Positions 25,901 to 40,900 of a DNA stretch of 64,000 bases are shown here, in pieces. A program made the translations under genes and the position numbers. The notes beneath the pieces are model-generated. The model had not been told where the DNA came from and made no database searches. It saw only the letters and a program-made list of their open reading frames with translations. How positions within the stretch are numbered: position 1 is the first letter of the stretch; each line of letters starts with the position of its first letter. This DNA comes from Azolla caroliniana (Eukaryota > Plantae > Polypodiophyta). The DNA is taken from the NCBI GenBank assembly GCA_043228905.1, contig JBHGNT010000012.1, positions 9,362,001-9,426,000 of the forward strand, in the 5' to 3' direction.

Positions 25901-28900
25901 GGGGGCGTGTTGAGAATCAAGCTCAACTTGTGTGAACATGTGCTTATGAAGAATAGGACGATGTGTGAAAACGTGTGTAAGCACACTTTATTGTAATCCG
26001 TGTAGTTGAGTGTTAATGTCGTCAAAGAATATTAGATATTCTTATGACAAAATCATACTCAAGTGGATATCTTGGTTAGATTCCACCAACACATTTAATA
26101 TGGCAGTCCCTTGAGGACTTGTATATAAAACCCCCTTTGCCCATTCTGTTTTGTTGATGATCTTTAGTTAATTAATATAGCTCTCTTCAGTGCATAAGCT
26201 GTCATCCCCCTATTGTGTATTTTCTTATTATTTTCTGGTTATTCTCTCTGATTTCTTCTCTTGCTTATTCACCCACTCTCACACAAACACACTACGCTTC
26301 TGAATACTCAACTCTACTAGAGTTAGATTCTTTACAGATATTCCATTTGCTTCAGCATAGAGGTGGGGTGGGGTCATTTTATAGACATAAAAAAAGAAAA
26401 GCTTTCATATCCAAGTGAAGGAAACTCAAGGATGATACAAGTAGAAACTTGGGAATTGAGTCTTAACAACACAAATAACTGGAAAGATTTAGAGAGATCT
26501 TTAGTGTCAATGAGTGCTTGCATGATAAGGAGCAAAGCACTGGTGCTGAGGTGGAAATGAGAGCAGTCCCTATAATCATCGAGGCATTATTTTGATCAGT
26601 GACCTATATCCAACTGCTTTGGGAGCTCCCAAAAAGAAGGTACTCAAGGTTGGCACTTATGTCATCAACACAACTTGCTGATGGTATGCTTAAATGCAAC
26701 ACTGATTCAAGTCACATGGCGTAAGCTCCCTAAAAGAAGGTACTCAAGGTTAGCACTGCCCTGTTCCAATATAGCTTGGATTGTCCCATCTAAACATGTC
26801 CAAAGTGAAAAAGTATAGAATGATCTGTACTGATATTATTAACTTGGAAAACAAGATAACATGGATCAGCCCCAAAATATTACTTGGTACGAAGATGACC
26901 CAATATAAGACTCACTTTTTACACAAATCGGAGGATGTATTTATCTTCAGGCCTTATAGAGGAGGATAGAGACAATAAGAAGAGAATTTATTGCTGCTTT
27001 GTGGATTTTCTAAAAAGCTCTTTCTGCCCCTATAGATATGCAATGGGAAATCTATGCATTGTATAAATTTGTGCTAGAAAAAAAGAGAACTTCCAATGGG
27101 TTGTTAGAGGCTGTATTCCGATCAGTGACCGGTATCCAACAGCTTTGGGAGCTTCTTAAACGAAGGTACTCAAGAGCTTCTTAAGAGTTCTGGCATTTTG
27201 ACCTCTTAAAAAGACGTTAATACGATGGATCAGGCAATAGAGATTATGTATGTCAGTCCTGGACTCGTGGAACATGATCTCACCACCTTTGTCATCAATA
27301 GATAAAGGCCATTACCTCCCGCCATTGCAAGTGCTTCCTTGGCTTTGGGGATGTCTCTTTTCTGGATGGGCCTATGAAAATATCTTCAAAGACAAAAATT
27401 ACAATCTGATTTAAGAATCATACTGTGCTGTGTGTATGAACGTTTATGTAAAATCTTCTATGGCATAGAATACACTACATTTGAATGTACTGGGATAGAA
27501 TGAGCCATTATGAATTTTGATGAGTTAACTAGCAAAAATATTTTAGTTCCTGAAATAATTGCACAAAATCATGTAGGTATCATTTAACAAAAGCTCAAAC
27601 CAACTAGCAGCTTCCTGTAAAGATGACGGAAGGCTGTTCTTTTTGCGGTGTGGACTCTCAGATGTAGACGAGCTAGAACTTTTGGGGTATACTACATTCG
27701 ATGATAGTATCTTATCTATAGCATGGGACATACCCACTGAAGGTTAACTTTTTCAAACTCAAGTAATATAACCATCAGAAGTTTACATAGTAGCTATGCC
27801 TGAAAACTGAAATAATAACTATCTGATTAATATACTAGAAATTTATTCAGTAGTTTTGGTTATGTCAAAGTTTGAAGAATGTAGTTAACCTAGAAAACAG
27901 AATTGTTTGTGAAAGTGGAACAATAATTATCTGAACTTCACAGTAGAATTCTATTTAGTGTCTTTGGTTTCTGTAACTATCTAAAGGATTGGAAATAGAC
28001 TTCTATCAACCGTCATTTGGTTTTCATTGAAGTTTGTGTTTCTCAACACTCTTTGAAGAAGTGGTGAAAATTCATATTAGAATGCAATACTCAGTATATT
28101 GTCTAGTCCCTATCCTCAGTTGATGGCATGATGTCTGAACCTGCTTCATTGGTGTGAAAAGGACACATGTCATGTGTACCTCCGAGTTTTTGGTTTGAAT
28201 AATAAAAAAATCTGGAGACATATACGGAGAGGGACTTATAATTACTATAGTCTTTCTTTATCCACTTTGATGATATCTTTTCTTATCCATTTATTTATCT
28301 GTCACCAGCTATGCCATGCAGATCATCCGGGGTCTGAATGATGTGCCACTACATTCCAGTCACCACGCCCTGAGCCTCCTGTCAAAGATCCATAAGCTCT
28401 TATTTAAGATTCTTTTCACCACGTTTTCTGGGATCCAAGGGCGTGCCACCATTTTGAAACACTGAGCTTTGAGTCACCCCTCAAAGGTCCATGTGCCAAA
28501 AGTGTTTTCCACATACCTAAGGGCTCGTTCCTCCACAATTGAGTGAGTAGAAAGAAAGTTGGGGGAGAAGGAAGAGATCACCTTTTCTGTTCATAAGGAA
28601 TTGAGTTCTCGTCCCTCTAACAGCCTTCTAAATGCACACAACCTAGCTGTATGCAGGTTGTCTTAACACAAGTTCCCCCATTCTGTGTGCAAAATTAAGT
28701 CAATGATGGGCGTCTTCCTTGAGTAATGGTGAAGGTGAGTTTTTGAGTGAAACATGTCACTTATATGTAATTTAGTGCACTGCTGAATCAATAAATTTAT
28801 TTCAGGTACTGATCAAGCATACATATTTGTTTCACTTGCACGGGGGGAGATAGTGAAAGTTAAGGCTCCAACTCAGGCGGTAAATGGAGATCTTTTCCTT

Positions 28901-31900
28901 GATAACAAGTCTCTAAATTGTATAAGGTACAGAGCTTTTGAAATAACTACAGTATGTTCGAAATTATAATAATGAATTCATCATGATAGATAGATTTAAA
29001 TACAGTTTCCGGACACAAGTTCCACTCCTCAGTTTTGTGGTTGGAAAGTACTATCTTGAGAAAGAAAAGGTAGAGCGCAAAATAGTATGGGGAATAGGCC
29101 AAGATAAACGGATGCAACAATATCGTATTCCTCAAACTGTTCAGGGGTGGACTGGATCAAGTGGCAATGCAGTTCATGCACATTTTAATATGCCAGGTCA
29201 TGCAAAGATAGGAACAGCATTGGGTTAGTATATCTGCTTTTTCCTTTTCAATGAGAATCATATTAGATAAGGTAGGTTTTGTGAATCTGACTCGTACACT
29301 TTGACTTTAGTGCTTCATTGGGAGACATCAACTCTGATCACAGGAGCTGAAGATGGAGCATTGCAGATTAGAGATACTGTTTTGGATCCTCTTCGCCAGC
29401 CTCAAAAGGTCGTTGATGTTCAGTTGTATGATGGTTATCTAGGTGGAATTACTTGTTTGATTGTTGGAGACAGTAGACTATTTATTGGAGGAGCAAATGG
29501 TGCTATCTATTGTGCTGAGGTACCAGCAATAGGATTGAAGATAACCTCTGACACAACTGGTAGGAATATTGCATGTTTCCATAGAAATGATTGTGCTTCT
29601 AGGACATTCATATCTTATTATTTATTTTTGAAGAAACTTGCAAATGCCACAGAAAATAGGAGATCATGTAACTCTGTACAGTCTGTGAGTCATTAGGTCT
29701 CATCTTACCTCCTTTCTGTTGTCCAGATAAGGATAATTTTATTGGGGACGTGTTTGCCTCCTTTCTTGATTTCCCGAGTTGCAGAGAACAATTCAGGATG
29801 AAAGGATGTGCATGACCTTGTATGTGGTCCAATTGAAACCTTCTCTGAAACCTTCTTGAACTACATAAAACTGTTGCTATTTAGAGCATTTACGGAAACA
29901 GTGCACCAAATAGAAAAGGCATGATCTCAAGTTTGTCATAAAAGGGTAATCCGTGTAGTTGTCGAGTGTGTGAAAGCACACTTTATTGTAATCCGTGTAG
30001 TTGTCGAGTGTTAGTGTGGTCAAAGAATATTAGATATTCTTATGACAAAATCGTCCTCAAGTGGATATCTTGGTTAGATTCCACCAACACATTTAATAGG
30101 GCAGTCCCTTGAGGACTTGTATATAAAACCCCCTTTGGCCATTCAGTTTAGTTGATGATCTTTAAATAATTAATATAGCTCTCGTAAGTGCATAAGCTGT
30201 CATCCCCCTACAGTGTGTTTTCTTATTTTTCTGGTTATTCTCTGTAATTCCTTCTCTTGCTTATACATTCACTCTCTCTCTCTCTCTCACACACACTACG
30301 CTTCTGAATACTAAACTCTACTAGAGTTAGATACTCTACATGGTATCAGAGCATGAGGGTTAGAGATCCTTCACTGAGCTCTACCATTGAAACTGTGTGA
30401 GCAGCTAGAGACGCTGTTTTAAAACCTGCTATCGTCGCTGCAGTTTTGCACAACAAGAGGCTCACCTTAACAGGATCATACGAATCAAGTTAAATCAGAA
30501 AAATGAATGCACAGATGGGTAGCGCACTTCCAACAGAGAAGTTGGACAGGCACAACTACGCATCTTGGGAATATAAGATGCAGCAGTACTTAGTTGGGCA
30601 AGGGTATTGGAGTTATATCGAGGGAGCTTAGGAAACAGCCCCTGATATTACAAGTCCAAACTACCCCACTTGGCAGCAAGGCACCAGTAGGGTAATGTAT
30701 TGTTTGGCAACATGTGTGCAAGATCACATGTTAAGCTATATTCGAGATGAGAAAGCCCCAACATAAGCGTGGAAAAACTTGAAGAAGATTTTCGCGGCTT
30801 CAACCACAGCGAGAAAACTTCAACTCCGGCAGGAGTTGAACAATATTCGTCAGGGGGATATATCCGTGACGGACTATACCCTCTGGAACAAAGACTTATG
30901 CGATTCACTTGGCTCCATCAATGTCGCAGTTGATGATGACGAGATGGTGCATATCTGTCTTGGCGGCCTTGCACAAAAATATGGCTCATTTCGAACTGCC
31001 ATAACAAGGGAGAACCCCCCAAGCTTTTTCGACTTGCAATCCATGCTAATGGTTGAGGAGAACCATACACGGTCGAAAAGCACAGCATCTGATGGGCAGA
31101 TGCTATATACAATAATGATCTCAGTCGAGGTCACGGTCGTGGTCGTGGAAATCGGGGGAGGAATGGCCGAGGAAGAGGTGGACGACGAGGTCCACAACAG
31201 TTTAATTCCAGGCAGCAAGAAGGTCGAAACAGCCGAGGGAATTCTGGTAGAAAGGGGAGCTTCCACCAGCCTGCATCAACCAGGCAGAACCAGCAAACCG
31301 AGTGCTGGTATTGTGGAAAGCCTGGCCACTTTGAAGCCGAGTGTTGGAAGAAGAAGAATGACTCAGCTGCCTCACCCCGGCAGCAAACAAACTATGCTGT
31401 GATGGCTGACCTAGAAAACAAAGCGCCGATGTTTGTTATGCGACACCGGGCGAATATCATGATAACAAGTGTTTCCCAACCTGATGATGTATGGTTCGTG
31501 GACTCAGGTGCCTCAAATCACATGACAAGTCATCAAGAATGGTTCATGAATTTGAGGGAACCCGAGAGACCCGGAGTGGTGGACACCGGTGATGACTCCA
31601 CACACATGATTGAGCACATTGGAGATGTGGCCCTTAACAATCACGACAACAAGGGCTACATTAAGGATGTATTGCATGTCTCGACAATCACAAAGAATTT
31701 GGTCTCGGTTGGCCAAATTGTCGAACAAGGAATGCAAGTGCGATTCAACCAGGAAGGTTGCTTCATCGAGGATAAAGGCCAACTTATCGCTCATGCAAGA
31801 AGAGAAGGTCGCATGTTTATTCTTGATGCGACGGAGGTGAACACAACAATGTATGCAAAGGGACTCAAGGTAGAGTTTGATATTGAGTTGTGGCACAAAA

Positions 31901-34900
31901 GGGTTGGCCATCTAAACCTCGGTAAACTCCGATCAATGCAAACAAAAGGGGCTGTGCATGAATTGCCACAATTTACTTCGAAACATCCTGATAATGTATG
32001 TGAGGCGTGCCAACTAGGCAAGCAACATAGGCATCTATTCCTAAGCGAAAGAAATGTGAGTAAAGGCACCGCCTCTGACAAGCCCTTAGGAGACTGAGCT
32101 TTTCCTGACACAGATTCATAGAGTGCATAGATTCCCCATTGCATATCTATAGGAACACCAAGGGCTTCTAGCCGCTGCATAAGCCGAGCACGTGGCACAC
32201 TGTCAAAGGTTTTTCGGAAATCCACAAAGCAGCAATAAATCCTCTTATTGTGGGCGCTGGCCTCCTCAATAAGGGCTCGGAGGGTGAATATGTGATCCAA
32301 AGTTGTGAACCCCTTCCGAAATCCTGCCTGTCCAATTGAACGACAGCCATTTTGCTGTGCCCATATACTCAATTCTGATTCTAGAATCGAGCCATATAGT
32401 TTAGCCAAGTAATGGCCAATCATGATTGTCCTATAGTTGCTTGGCATCATGGGGTCTCCACTCTTGAGGATTGGCACAATGGTATGCTGAGTCCATCTAG
32501 TAGGAAAACCTTCACACATGGCTCTATTAAAGATGTTTGCTAGCAATGGGAGCAAGGTGTCACGAGCATAGATAAAGTGTTCACCCACCAATCCATCATG
32601 ATCTTGGGCCTTCCCAAATTGTAGCTGATCAATGGCATTTCTTACATTTTGTGGTGTAAGGAAGGTTAATTCATGTGGGCGTGAGGCATTCGGGTGGGGA
32701 AGAGGAGGTTGCCCCAGGATATCAATTGTCTCGCGAGTGAATAGATACTTAGCCAACCCACTCTCCTTAGCATATACATCCTTTGTGCATCCATCCTTTA
32801 CCTCAAAGCGTAGATATGCATGATCAGCTGCCAAGGCAATAGGTCTTCCCGATATAGTGAACACTTTTATTTCAGGTATAAGAGATGGAGGTCCCATTAG
32901 ATAATCGACTGTGCTTGCACCCCCTTTTGGGTTCCAACATGTCAAAGAATCTGATCCAGGCCATTGTGTCAAGCCTTTCTTGTCAATATCCATGAAGCGG
33001 ATGACAAGGGCTTTAACTCTGTACTCATCTCTTCCCACCCTCCACACCGAAGCAAATGGAATATCTGATGCTCCAATGTTTGTTCCGAGATTCTTGGCAT
33101 CTTCTTGTGGACTTCACTTTTCGGCCCAACCAACCACTCGTACATGCAACGCGCGAGCTTTCTTCTTGGCTTCTTCTAAAGTAGCATTCATCATTGCCAT
33201 CCTATCCATGGATGTTCCTTTTTGCTTTTTTACTACCTCTATCCAAGGAGCATTTGCTTTAATTTCGTTTTGGGCGTGCTCAGCTTGAGCTTTGGCATCT
33301 TTGGCCATGTCTGCCCATGTTTGCATTTCTTTCGTGACATTGGCTTTCACTGTAGAGATGCATCTTTCCACTGCTTCTTGTCCTTTTTCGAAATCCACTT
33401 TTATAGCTCCTAACTCAGCCTTACTTGAGGATATTTTATCCTTAAGGTATTGTGTCATGTCATCCTTGAGCTCTAAGTGTGATTTCTCCACATGGGAGAG
33501 AGAGAGAGTACTGACCTTCAATGGATCCTGATGATGAAGACGATTGATCAACCCAATGAACAAGAAAGAAAAGAATGACTACACTGTTAAGTAAAGAAAT
33601 TTGTGTTTGAAGGGTATTCTGGTAAATAGGGCTTGTAGATTTGAGTGTATAATTATTTTATAAAGTGTATTTTTTTGGACATAGGGGTAGTTTGGTAAAT
33701 TTGGAACTTCTAGGGGCATTCTGGTAAATAGACGAACTTCCAGGGGTATCCTGGTACTTTTCCCTTGAATTTATTAAGAAAAAAAGAAAAGAATGGATGC
33801 ACAAGCAATTTTCTATCCTCCACTGCATTAGATTTTAACTTGGGAAAAATGTTCTAGTATTTACACTAGGAAAGATTCAAATAATTCCTAACATATTTTT
33901 TGACATGGCAACATATGGTGACCATGTACATGTAGGGAACTGTGGGTAACCGTGAAAGAAAGAGGAAATATTGTAGCATCTAGGTCAGGAAAAATTCAAA
34001 TATTCCCAACATAGTTTTTGAATGACAACAAAAAGGAAATAACGTTAATATGCTCATAGAAACCATAAGTTTGAGTGAATTTTAGCTCATGCAGAGCACG
34101 GTTTATTTCATTTATCGTAGCAATCCTGAAAACGTGATGATAGTGCATACACCTCTTGCAGTTGTGACATCTATTATCTTCATGTGTGAACATCCATATG
34201 AATCTTTCTGTGTAAATTAATATTCTTTCTGATTAAATCAATGGACAAAGTATGAAAATCAATTCACATTGTGTCTGACAAGTACATCGGTGTGCATTCT
34301 AATGCATACATCTCTTGCAGTTGTGTCGTCTATAATCTCCATAAATTGATATCTATATGAGTCTGTCTGTGTAAATTAATATTCTTTCTGATGAAATAAA
34401 TGGATCAAGGATTAAAATCAATTCACATTGTTTATGACACCTACATCCGTGTGCATTCTGTATACTAGCCATGGATGCACTAAATAATATTACCATGTGT
34501 GTGAGTACCATGTTTTGAAGGTGAATAAGTGAGTTTGAACTGTTACTTAATTTAAGTAGTGTAGAAAAACAGAAGGATATATTAACTGTACCAATAGCCT
34601 TTGGAAATTCACTTCATTTACTATTAGAAAAACAAACACTATGTCTCAGCTTTATAATTCTCAAAGACCCAAAAAGAGCAATACTGAGACTTGAAATCAG
34701 ATGATAGATCTATAAACAAACTGTAGTGTAATACAGAATATCTTTTTATCATTTTTTCCATTGAATGTTTCATGGCTGTATAATCAACCAAAATATGAAG
34801 TATTCTTTTTATGTATGTTAATTAAGTTTTTTATCCGTGATGAAGTAAACATAATTTAAGCTGTCAACTTTTTCAATATAGGAATAAATGCAAAAGCAAG

Positions 34901-37900
34901 GATTAGCATTGCTCCAGAGAGGACAAATCATGATTCATGGTCTGAAGGGGATCCATTAGGACAGCTTTCTATGATAGAGAAATATGCAAAAATGGGTGAC
35001 TCAAGGTACAAGCTGTTATTTGGTCTTCATTTCTCTGCAAAATGTATCCCAGTAGAATAGTTCACAAAGTAAAAATTCAAACCATACGTGGTATTGTAGC
35101 TATATGATTTGTAGATGAAAACTCTTCAACATGGTTACTTAGGCCTTTTATCGTTTCAGAATTATTCAGAAAAAAGGGGCGTATTGATTGTGCCAAAGAC
35201 CATCCAATTTGCCAAAAGACCTTACTCTGATGATTATACACAAGTAATGTATACAAAACTATAACTAGAGTATCCCATTCATCACCAACGCTGAGCTGTG
35301 CAAAATTCACCTTTCTTGGGTCTTTTTGATTGACTTCTTCTTGGCTGTCTCTGGGGAATAGGATGTGGCAATTTTGTTACGGGTCCTTTTTCCATGTTTA
35401 TCAAAAAAGCTAATGTGCTATTATTGGAAATAATTTATGCATGCATAGTTGGGGCTTTCAGGATACAGTTAGAAAGCGGTGGACTGAATGTAAAATACTG
35501 ACCACCGCTTTTTAACTGTATCCCGAGAGTGGTTCCTTGAATAGATGAGAAAGGGGTTTGTTGAATCAATCTTGCACTGCTTGGTTTCAGGACATACGTT
35601 CAATTTTTGTATTACTCTATGAAATACTCAGTGATTGATTGGTCACAGTATCATGACGTGATTTTTGAACTACTACGTTAAACGTAAAGAGCTGTAATTG
35701 GCAACTAGTGCTGTGGATTTATTTTTTTGTACAGTCTGTCTGAGCTAAAACGTGGACTAATAAGAAGGACTAATAAGAAGTTTCTGGTAGTCCACTTCCA
35801 TTATGGCATAAGAAACCATTGAAAGACATAAAAATTATTGGAATGTATCCAGTATAAGAGGCCCAACATCATGAACTGAGTTTTGGTTTAATGTTAAGAT
35901 TTTTTTTATGTGAAGGTCAGTAGTTACAAGCCAAGGTTATCGAACAGAAATCAAGAAAAAGATTCAGAAGATAAAGCAGGAATTTCATGATATCGTTGAC
36001 ATAAATGAAAAGGTCTTATGGTGCTTCTGGAATGTTTCCGTTATTTGACCAAATTTTCTGGGATTTTTGTATGTTCTATTTTCAATGAGCATGTTGAACA
36101 ATATTCCTTTTAGGCACCAGAGTTGGAAAAGCTACTGCCATCAGAATTGATTGTTGATACAGATCTAGAATGTGAGCTGAGGTCTGATGGCGAGAAAAGA
36201 ATCATTAGTGTTCATGAGCAGGTTTCCCTCAAAGCTTCTGCATTTTGTCTTACATATCTCTAAAATGATTGCATGAATTGAATCACATCTGTATAGTTCT
36301 TTTATGCAGGTTATTAGGGAGAACTTAAAGAAGGATATAATGGTGGAACGCATTAAACAGGAGTGTTGGAAAGATGTTGCAGAGGCAGGTTTGGTTTCTT
36401 TCCTCCCCTCAGCAGTTATAATAACTACTATTATTGTCCCTATCCTCTTTTCATGGGAAGATGTGCTTAGGCATCTTTGTGATGGTCTTTGGTATGTTCT
36501 AAATTCAATATAGGTGGTCCATTGGTGCTTCCTACAATTCAGAGGCCTTACATTTTGGATCAACCTATGCTAGAGATATTTCAAGACAAAAATTGAGAAT
36601 CTTAAATTTATAGATGAGGAGATTCTTAAATGTCTGGTTATTCTATTTCTATTTACTTTTTACTTAGCTGCATTTATTTTGGGGTTATTGTTCTCAAAGA
36701 CGAGACACCATTTTAAGATGTAATCCGGGATACACAAATGGGCTCCAGACCAGGACATAACAAAGGGGTTACAATTGATCGGGCAATAGCAATTTTCCGT
36801 GCACATAGGCCCCGCTCCCATGGACCATGACCTTGACACCCTTGTCATCGACAGATAAAAGCCATTATCTCCCACTATCGTAGGTGCTTCCCTTGTTTCG
36901 GAGACATTTCCATTCTGGATCGACCTATGCTAGAGATCTTTCGAAGATAAAAGCTACAATATACTTAACTTGAGAATCTCACATGTGCCAAAAACCAGAT
37001 TCCCTCGTTTCTTCTCTTTTCATCTTATTTACTTTTATATTTACTGTGAAATATTTATTTTATTTTGATTTGTTCTCAAAGACGAGACAACACTTAAGAT
37101 GTAATCTCATGTTTGGTCTTATAGGCCATTTTGGCCTCTTAAAAGATGTTAATATATCTTTCTTTCTTTATTTCCAGAGTATTACCAAGAATAGTCTCAA
37201 GCATTGTTGGTTCACATATTCCATTTCCTCTAATTGTGGGCCAAAGCCTTGGTTAAAGAGGCAACGATATCTCCCTCTGATTTCATAAAAAAATAATGCA
37301 ATGTCAAGCATAGTGTTGTTCAGATTGAATCCCATGATGACTCAATTGGCAAATTCATTCATACAAAGGCGTGCATGCACATCTGCCTACCTCAATCTAT
37401 AATTGACGTGAAGAGGTTTGTAACTGCCCTATCACACTGTGCATTGTCTGGGGTAGATGCATGCCCATATAAGAGGGCCTAATGATGAATCCATTCTCCT
37501 ATGTGTGTAAAACTTTATCCTTATAGTGGGCCATCTTCCAAACAAGAGGTGTTGTAGGGTGGATCCATGTTCTTCCTTTATTTACTTCGATAATATCAGT
37601 TCGGATCACCATTTTTTCTGCTTTGGTGATGTTTAAATGGGGAAAACCTAAGCTATATTGGAAACAGGGTAGTGCATTTATGCTCTTGCCAATTGACTCA
37701 AAACCATTATTGTGTTTCTAACATAGAAGCAATGATTATTTTCTTGCGGACAGTCATCGAGACCTAAGGACAAAATTGTGTTTGAATCCAAATGAGAGAT
37801 TACATCTTACAATGTTGTCTCATCTTGGAGAGAAACAGACCAAAATAAAAAAAACTAAATTAGTAGAACTGCTTAAGTTACCTGAGATTTTCATTAGCCA

Positions 37901-40900
37901 AGGGAAAAAAGGGTTTGTACTGCTGAGTATCTTGATGAGCGTATTATATTCCATGTCATGTAGGTAAACATTTGTGGCCATTTCTGCAAGGTTGTCGAGT
38001 ACCAAATTTTCCTCTGCATCATAAAAATCAGCCAAACAATAGGGCAGCAAATCTAGCGAAATATATTCGTATTATAGAAATGCAGGAGAATGAGTACACA
38101 AAAGAACTGAAGCTAGTTGTAAGCAGTCAAATGGATATACCAACAGTGCCAGGATCTATTTGTAGTGAGAGTTCAGGCACAGTAGGAGAAGATGACATAT
38201 CATGTAGAAGTAGGGAGGATATTACAACTATGAAGGAGGGACCCAGTGATCCCTCTATACAAATGACAAACTTCGAAACTGCAGCACCTAAGATTGAAGA
38301 TGCAAGTCCTGGTCGAAGGAGCTCTATTATGACGGCGCGAGATTCCAGTGCAGGGAAGATAATGGAGGTTGAAAATATTACTAATAGGGCGCCTAATGAT
38401 TCAGTAAGTCCTTTGCCTACACCTGAAGAAGATCAGGAAGAAAATGAATCTCCCACTGCAGAGCTACTCGATAAAGGACCCATCTCAAATCTACTATATG
38501 GATCGTTTGAGCTCTCAACCCCAAAAAGGAAGAGAACTCAGGTAAGTAAATCAAGCATATGGATAGATTTCTTTACAATCATGCAGATGATTATTTTTAC
38601 ATGATTCCAAGCCTTTGATTTATGACGTACTATGCAAAACCTTTACAGAGATTCCTATTGTTTAAAGAATTGCAACTTGCTCGTGAAGCTTTCAATAAAC
38701 GATTTGTGGAATTGGAGGAGAACAAAGAATCAATTATTGAAAAGATAAAGGAAATGAATACAAGGATTACTGAGCTCCAAAGAAAACTTGGCCTAAAGGA
38801 TGATTTTGTCCTGCCTCAATTGGATCGTCACGATGTAAATGCTATAAAACATTTACCTGGAATTTGTACCTATTCTTTTACCCCCTCTAAATTTCAAGTT
38901 TTCTGTATCCAGGACTTTGAGAGCATATTTGTAGTAAAGGATGAGGAAATTCATGTCCTAAACTATATGGCTCTTAAGAAGAAAAAGGAAGATGAGATGA
39001 ATGATAAGAAAAGGTCTGTGTTTTTTGGCTTTCTTAAGTGTAGAGAAATGCCTTGTTGCACTTCTTAAATTTCCATCATATGAAATAGCATTGATTAATG
39101 AATATTTCCAAATATCTTGCATGTGCATCTGGCCATTAAAAAGTGAGAAAAGCCAAGCCAGCATGTCCAGTAAGATATTATCAGTAATCTTCACAGTTTA
39201 AAATAAATGATTGATACTTCTCATTGCCACCTTTTTCTGGAGCCTCATTCATTCTGCCTAACATGGGCTGTTCCATAAGGGAGAGGTTTCCAATGTGAGG
39301 GAAGAAACACCAATATTGGGTTATAATGGGCTAAAGGGATGTGATCTGGATGAATGATTCTTACATGAATGCCAAATTGCAATTGCCGGATCTTTTGTAA
39401 CACCTTTCGAATCTTGTGATTGAGTCCCTATTTGTATGCCCCTTGATTGACTTGTAGCGTGAGGAGTGCTGGAGCTAAAGAAGGTTGTGATGATTCTTTG
39501 CTGATAAGGTTGTGGAAATATCAGTATCGTTGAATAACTCCTCTTTGCGCTTCTTGATTATTAGCAAATAAGTGTCCCGAGTGTCATTGGTCTTTGTATT
39601 CTAGTAACTTGTGATATAAAATAGTCTCATCTTGGAATAATAAACTGAAATAAATGTCAACATCTCTTAATAGGTGATATAAAATAGTCTCATCTTCTCA
39701 TCTTGGAGAAATACTAACTATAATAAATATAACTAGAGAACACACCTGGCTGTACCCTGCCAATTCCTCATTCTTCAATATTAGGGTTTAAAAAAAATAA
39801 AGTTTCTTATACACATAAACACGAGGGATTCGTAATGGTATATGAACTTATTCAAAGCTTGTGTCATTTAAGTTTCTATAGTAAGTTAAAAGAATTTCAG
39901 TTATAATGTGGATTACACATATAGCATATTCTGGTATGAACGTTATTTCAATGAATTTTTTTCATCTCAGACTAAAGCAGGGAAACAATGATGCGGAGAG
40001 AGCACTCCAAGATATGATGGGCGGAAAGTTAGAGCAAAAGAAAGAGGAAGTGATCTTGGATACAGAACTAGAGAGACCAGCGTGGATGCATGGGAACCCA
40101 AAGAACTTTACCAAAGAACAAATCAAGGACATGAAAGAATTTGATGCCAAATTGAAGGTAAACAATCAATACCTGACCAAAATAGAAAGTTGTAACTAGT
40201 GACCTTGTGAATTGGAGTTGACCTGTGCACTCTTATACAGGCAATTAAAGAAGAAAAAGAGAAAAAACAACGTGCACAAGAGTTTGAAATGAGGAAGTTG
40301 AAGAATGATATACAAGACTTAATGAATACCTTTGATGAATCTCTTCTTCAGTTCTTTGACAACCGTTTACAAGTATGACTCTCAGTCTCCACTGGAGTGT
40401 TTTTGTCTGCTCTTTTATCATCAATGTTAAGATCATCTTTCAGATAATCATTTCCTCATGTCCTTCCTGTACAGGATAAGGTCTCATCATCATCATAAAA
40501 TAATCCCTCAGATCCATCCAAGACAATGAAACATATTTGCTTACTGTACAAAATATGGATTATAAATAAATTGTTATTAACTTCTTTTAAGAGGGAAAAG
40601 TGGCATATAAGAACAAACAAGAGATTAAATCCCAAGTGTTGTCGGGTCAATGTGTGATCCAAAATTGTGAAACCCTTCCAAAAGCCTGCCTGTTCAGCTG
40701 AATGGCAGTAATTTTGCACTGCCCATATACTCTAAAGAAATATGAGAAAGCACATTTGTTCAGTAATATACATTGGTAGGAGGGAGAAAAATACAGAGAT
40801 CTCTTCGATTTACATGAGGAGAAAGTCCCTCTTTATAAAGGCCAAGATCTGGCCGTTGGGCTAACTAGCTGTTGAAACTAACTAGCCGTTGGGCTAGCCG

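Noticed and set aside
31791-33047. 418-aa minus-strand ORF as a novel gene
   Set aside because: It is a chance chimera of deleted LINE ORF1/endonuclease/RT pieces running into antisense copia sequence.
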